A stretch of 52,181 nt of DNA, filler included, from Sphacelaria rigidula (Eukaryota), in assembly GCA_964200075.2 (NCBI GenBank). It is 3 parts of 3 records of this genome, joined end to end, with 100 filler letters (N's around TTAATTAATTAA, not from the genome) between each part and the next. Parts side by side here need not be neighbours in the genome. Positions count along the whole stretch, not along the records: positions 34,860 to 52,181 come from CAXNAA020001110.1; 2 more parts are not named here. One strand, given 5' to 3'. The notes beneath the pieces were generated by a model, which made no database searches, was not told the origin of the DNA, and saw nothing but the letters and a program-made list of their open reading frames with translations. Both the position numbers and the translations under genes were made by a program. Below, one piece after another: positions 48,901 to 52,181 of this stretch (positions are counted from its first letter, which is position 1; every line of letters starts with the position of its first letter).

Positions 48901-51900
48901 AGACCAAGAAGGGTCACTCCGCGATGACGGCGGAGCTCAAGAAGATGAAGGCGGAAATCGTAGTTGATGTGAGTCTCCACCTAGGTGAATACGTAACTCA
49001 AACCGAAACGCTTTTATCACGTAACTGTTCAAAGCGGGAATCCCGTGAAAACAAGCACTCGCAACCGGCTTCCCCAGTGACGCGAAATGCGCATGATTCG
49101 TCGAGGAAGTAAGTAATCGTCGATGTCGCAGAACGGCGGATATCGAATATATCGCAACGCCAATCGAAAGCGTTCAGGAAGTGCCGCGCTTCGACCAGGG
49201 ATAGTTCAACAGGCCACAAAACCGTGAGCGCGCGACGATGTCGTGGTGTTCCGGACATGTATCCTCTGCTATTTGAGATGACAGTAGCCTTGACTTGCGT
49301 GGGCCTGGCATCCTACGAGTAGTGTGACGGGTGAATCATGCGCGCATCGACGCTTTGGCACGAGCCAGGTTTCACCCAACAGCACAGGAGTCGTACTATA
49401 CCAGATAAAGTGTCTCGGTTTGCCGCGCTCCAGTACTTTGTACGTGCCTCTGTAATTACAAAACTCCGGTGGCAATACTGCGTAGAATGAAATTTGAAGT
49501 TAGGTAACCGTTGAGTTTGTTTTCGTTTACCATAAAACGTGGCATCACGGTGTTGTCTCGTGCTCTCAGGTTGAGGTGGAGTCGTCCATGGAGACACCAT
49601 CTTTCGAAGGCGACATGGGCAAAGAGGAGGAGACACGTCTGCTCGAAGATCTCAGCAACGCCAAAGACGAAATTAAGAATATGAAGATCCGTCAAGCGAT
49701 GGTGTGTTTCTGCATGTGGGCATTTCGTTGTAACGGGTATTTGAGAGAAGCAAGAAGCAAGTCCGTTCCCAACCATCAACTCCGTAAAAAAACGCACGTC
49801 TTCGAGGATTTTCATGTCCCCAGCCAGACAAGGCAATCTGATAGATTCCGGACCCAAGTAGGGTATATGAGCATGTTGCCCATCGGGCGCGCAAACTCAG
49901 GCAGGTCTCCGCCTGCTGCAGCGTTGTTAGTGGCGAGCTTGTTCCGCACTGCAGTAGAGCGACTGCGTGAACAACACCCGATTATCCTTGTTTGTTTCCA
50001 ACAACGCGAGAGTGGTAACCCATGTTGAACGTACCCATCGCTCTTTGATCTCCGTGAAGGTGACCCACGAGCTTCTGGGCACTGTGAAGGGGTGCCACGG
50101 AGAGATCGAGGTGCTAAGGGATAAGCTTTCCAAGGTGCCGCGTGTAGTGAAGCTTCAACGGGAACGAGACTGCTGTTCGGGTAGAACGATAGTGTAAAAT
50201 CTTGACGAATCCTTGGTGGTAAGTACGGATGAGCGGTCGAAATGAGGAAACACTGTAGAGGAGACGTACGAAAAAACAGCATTGACTTTTTTTTCAGGTG
50301 TGCAATTTCATGCTGTGCTGCGGAAATCTACGTGCTGACACTTTCTACGATAGCCCCCCCGAAAAAGTTCATGGTTTTGGGGGGAAAAATCTTCACGTAA
50401 ACCGGAATGGGAAAAGCCGAGCACAACGAGAAGCTGGAAATTCCCACGCTTGGGATCATTCTAGCCAATGTCGCCAATATGAGGTGCTTCATGAAGCCTG
50501 AACGCAAACATCAGGCGGTGTATGGCCAATTTTTTCGTGACACTTTTGAGCTGGTTTTGGGGGGGGGGGGGTATCGTAGAAAGTGTCTGCTACAACATGA
50601 CAAGGAACGTCCCATAGTCGACCTACTACTACCCGAACGGCAATAATGTGTTGGTTACGTTGTTTCCATACAGCTTTAGGTGTACTGCGACAATTTTTGG
50701 CAGTCTTGAAAAACAAAAAGTCAAGAATATTTACTCGAAATATGTTACCTGGCCTCCCTAAACGTTTTTTTGCACGCAGATGACAGCCGAACGTGATGCA
50801 CGGGTGGATATAAGTACGCTGGCCGCGACGGCAGGCAAGCTCTCCGGCGCAGATACCGAAGAATTTGTGTCTCTCAAGGTCGGTCGTCAACTGCTCGATA
50901 CATCGCCCCATCGGACGGGGCATTCGATTTTTCACTGAACTGCCGAAACTCAACCGACGGTGATTGTCACACAGTACGCGACCGCGTGCATGTGCCCTGT
51001 GTAGTTCTTTTCCCCCGTGCGTGCACGCGTGTGATGGTGCACGCACGTCGCATGACCCCGGCAGCGCTTCTAGGATTTTTACGCTACGCTAGCCAAGGTC
51101 GGAGAGTGTGACATTCGAAGAGAATTCATTCAATAACTGACGACAGCCCTAAACACTCCGCGGACGGCACTGGTGCTATCAGGCGGAGTGCAAGGCGAGA
51201 AAAAAAGAAATTTCAAGGCTTGAGCAGGAAATGCAAGAGGGCTCAGATGCGCTGAAGACCGTGCTGGAGACTATTTCCAAGTGAGATGCACCTCGGGCCG
51301 CGAAACCTCGATTTTCAGAACTCTGCTCGGTTTTAGATGCTACCTAGGGAGAAACAGCTGCTACTTCGTTTTTTAGGATTGCCACATTATTCTCTGCCGT
51401 CGTCCAGGTTAATAATATTCGTATCACCGTGCATCTTATTGAGCTTGGCGGTATTCGTTCGTCTTACTACGCCTCACCTCACCGCCCAAGCAAGCCCTGC
51501 CTTCTTGTTTTGAGTTACAGATCACGCTCTCGTCTCTGCAGCAGCGAAACTCAGCTCTCCCACCGGCAGCTGAACTTTTATCGGCCATTCTGTCGTTGAA
51601 TCTTCACTCCCTATATCTCTATTTATTTTTCTTCTTCGGGTCACCACTAACGTACTCTGCTTCCCCCTTTTGCCGACTTTTGCGCCGAAACAGGGGCTGC
51701 ATGGAAACCCGAAGGGCAAAACTTAAAGTTTGGAATGAGCGAGACCTTGATCGCGCCCGGTCAATCCCACCACTGCCCATACCGTCCAATGCACGTCCTT
51801 CATCTGGCAAAAGACTATCCGCTGCGGCCAGCAAGAGAAGACAGTCCACCCGTGCAGGTGCAGGCGCCGGTGAGGACATCGGGGTGTTCCTGTCTCTGGG

Positions 51901-51925
51901 CGTGGGAAGGATTCGGAGATGGTGA
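36995..51925 (+). CDS. Long coiled-coil protein of unknown function, ~22 exons, ~890 aa, with N-terminal CxxC motif
   Basis: Predicted exons 36995-37147, 37607-37747, 38656-38849, 39191-39331, 41162-41252, 41662-41796, 42384-42482, 42851-42988, 43299-43436, 44347-44381, 44885-44954, 45393-45584, 46221-46319, 46572-46646, 47149-47257, 47710-47769, 48798-48968, 49570-49701, 50060-50134, 50780-50878, 51183-51280, 51694-51925. The sequence is E/K/L/A-rich and heptad-like (ELQLELEAARLRL, ALQLELEKCKEDLAALGAEADEMRSKLK). Phases are continuous except for +1 nt in exon 47149-47257. The start codon and last exon are less certain. Confidence 0.75.
37846..38185 (+). mobile_element. tRNA-derived SINE candidate in intron 2 of the coiled-coil gene
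   Basis: Pol III A-box-like tggttcggttgg (37857-37868), B box gagttcgattc (37901-37911), ~270-bp body and CA-rich tail aaaacacacaaacacac. It does not fold as an intact tRNA. Confidence 0.55.
39985..40305. repeat. (CAGTA)n/(CAGCA)n pentanucleotide microsatellite with a duplicated ~55-70-bp flanking unit
   Basis: Long cagca run at ~40138-40220 bounded by cagta repeats. The unit tgccgtgcagatagcacatatgca..ggarttccgtattcgcttttgtag occurs twice, plus a third diverged copy. Confidence 0.92.
40689..40942. mobile_element. MITE family A copy 2 (more diverged)
   Basis: TIR gatactttctatgatagcccc / ggggctatcgtagaaagcgtc; same internal core (gccgagcacaacgag...ttcccacgcttgg...); TSD not recognisable. Confidence 0.8.
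50337..50587. mobile_element. MITE family A copy 3 (4-bp TSD TGCT)
   Basis: TIR gacactttctacgata / tatcgtagaaagtgtc; tgct at 50333-50336 and 50588-50591. Confidence 0.88.
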
Positions 51926-52181
51926 CTCGTGCGATACCGGGGAAAGTCTGACCTCTGCAGGGGTGCACATATATCGAAAAAAATGTGCTTAACCCTAGAG
52001 CCCTGCGTGGAGGGAATACCGGTGCATATTGCTGTTTGATATTTTCATTACTCGTTGCACGTCAATACCCTTTGACACGCACGTACTTTCATATCTGCCC
52101 CCCCCCCCCTACCTATGTATCCGTGTTGCTTGAGCCTGGTCCGGCGAGAACCCGGCGTGCTCCGTCCCGGCTTTGTAGGGG

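Noticed and set aside
51988..52000. ttaaccctag telomere-like motif
   Set aside because: Single unit, not a tandem array.

Overview
Eukaryotic, intron-rich genomic DNA. About 50% GC, kb-scale GT-AG introns and the repeat content suggest a brown alga (Phaeophyceae) or related stramenopile; this is inferred, not proven. Four spliced genes were reconstructed by hand from splice sites and phase continuity. (1) An 8-exon minus-strand gene (15909..3675, ~828 aa) for a type II membrane-anchored tyrosinase-like type-3 copper protein, with a ~138-aa insertion inside the CuB site. (2) RPS5/uS7, 5 exons (20357..24613, 234 aa). (3) The 5' three exons of isoprenylcysteine carboxyl methyltransferase (ICMT/STE14), cut off by an assembly gap. 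(4) A ~22-exon long coiled-coil protein gene (36995..51925) with a 35-nt micro-exon, a GC-AG intron and one probable 1-nt frameshift. Introns and intergenic DNA hold three copies of a ~250-bp MITE with 4-bp TSDs, three ~460-bp fold-back MITEs, a tRNA-derived SINE candidate, a tandem array of 74-bp hairpin units, microsatellites and two artificial N-TTAATTAATTAA-N contig linkers. No prokaryotic system or CRISPR array is present, and most ORFs in the six-frame track are spurious. I found no clearly new system; the most unusual items are the tyrosinase architecture and the hairpin array.
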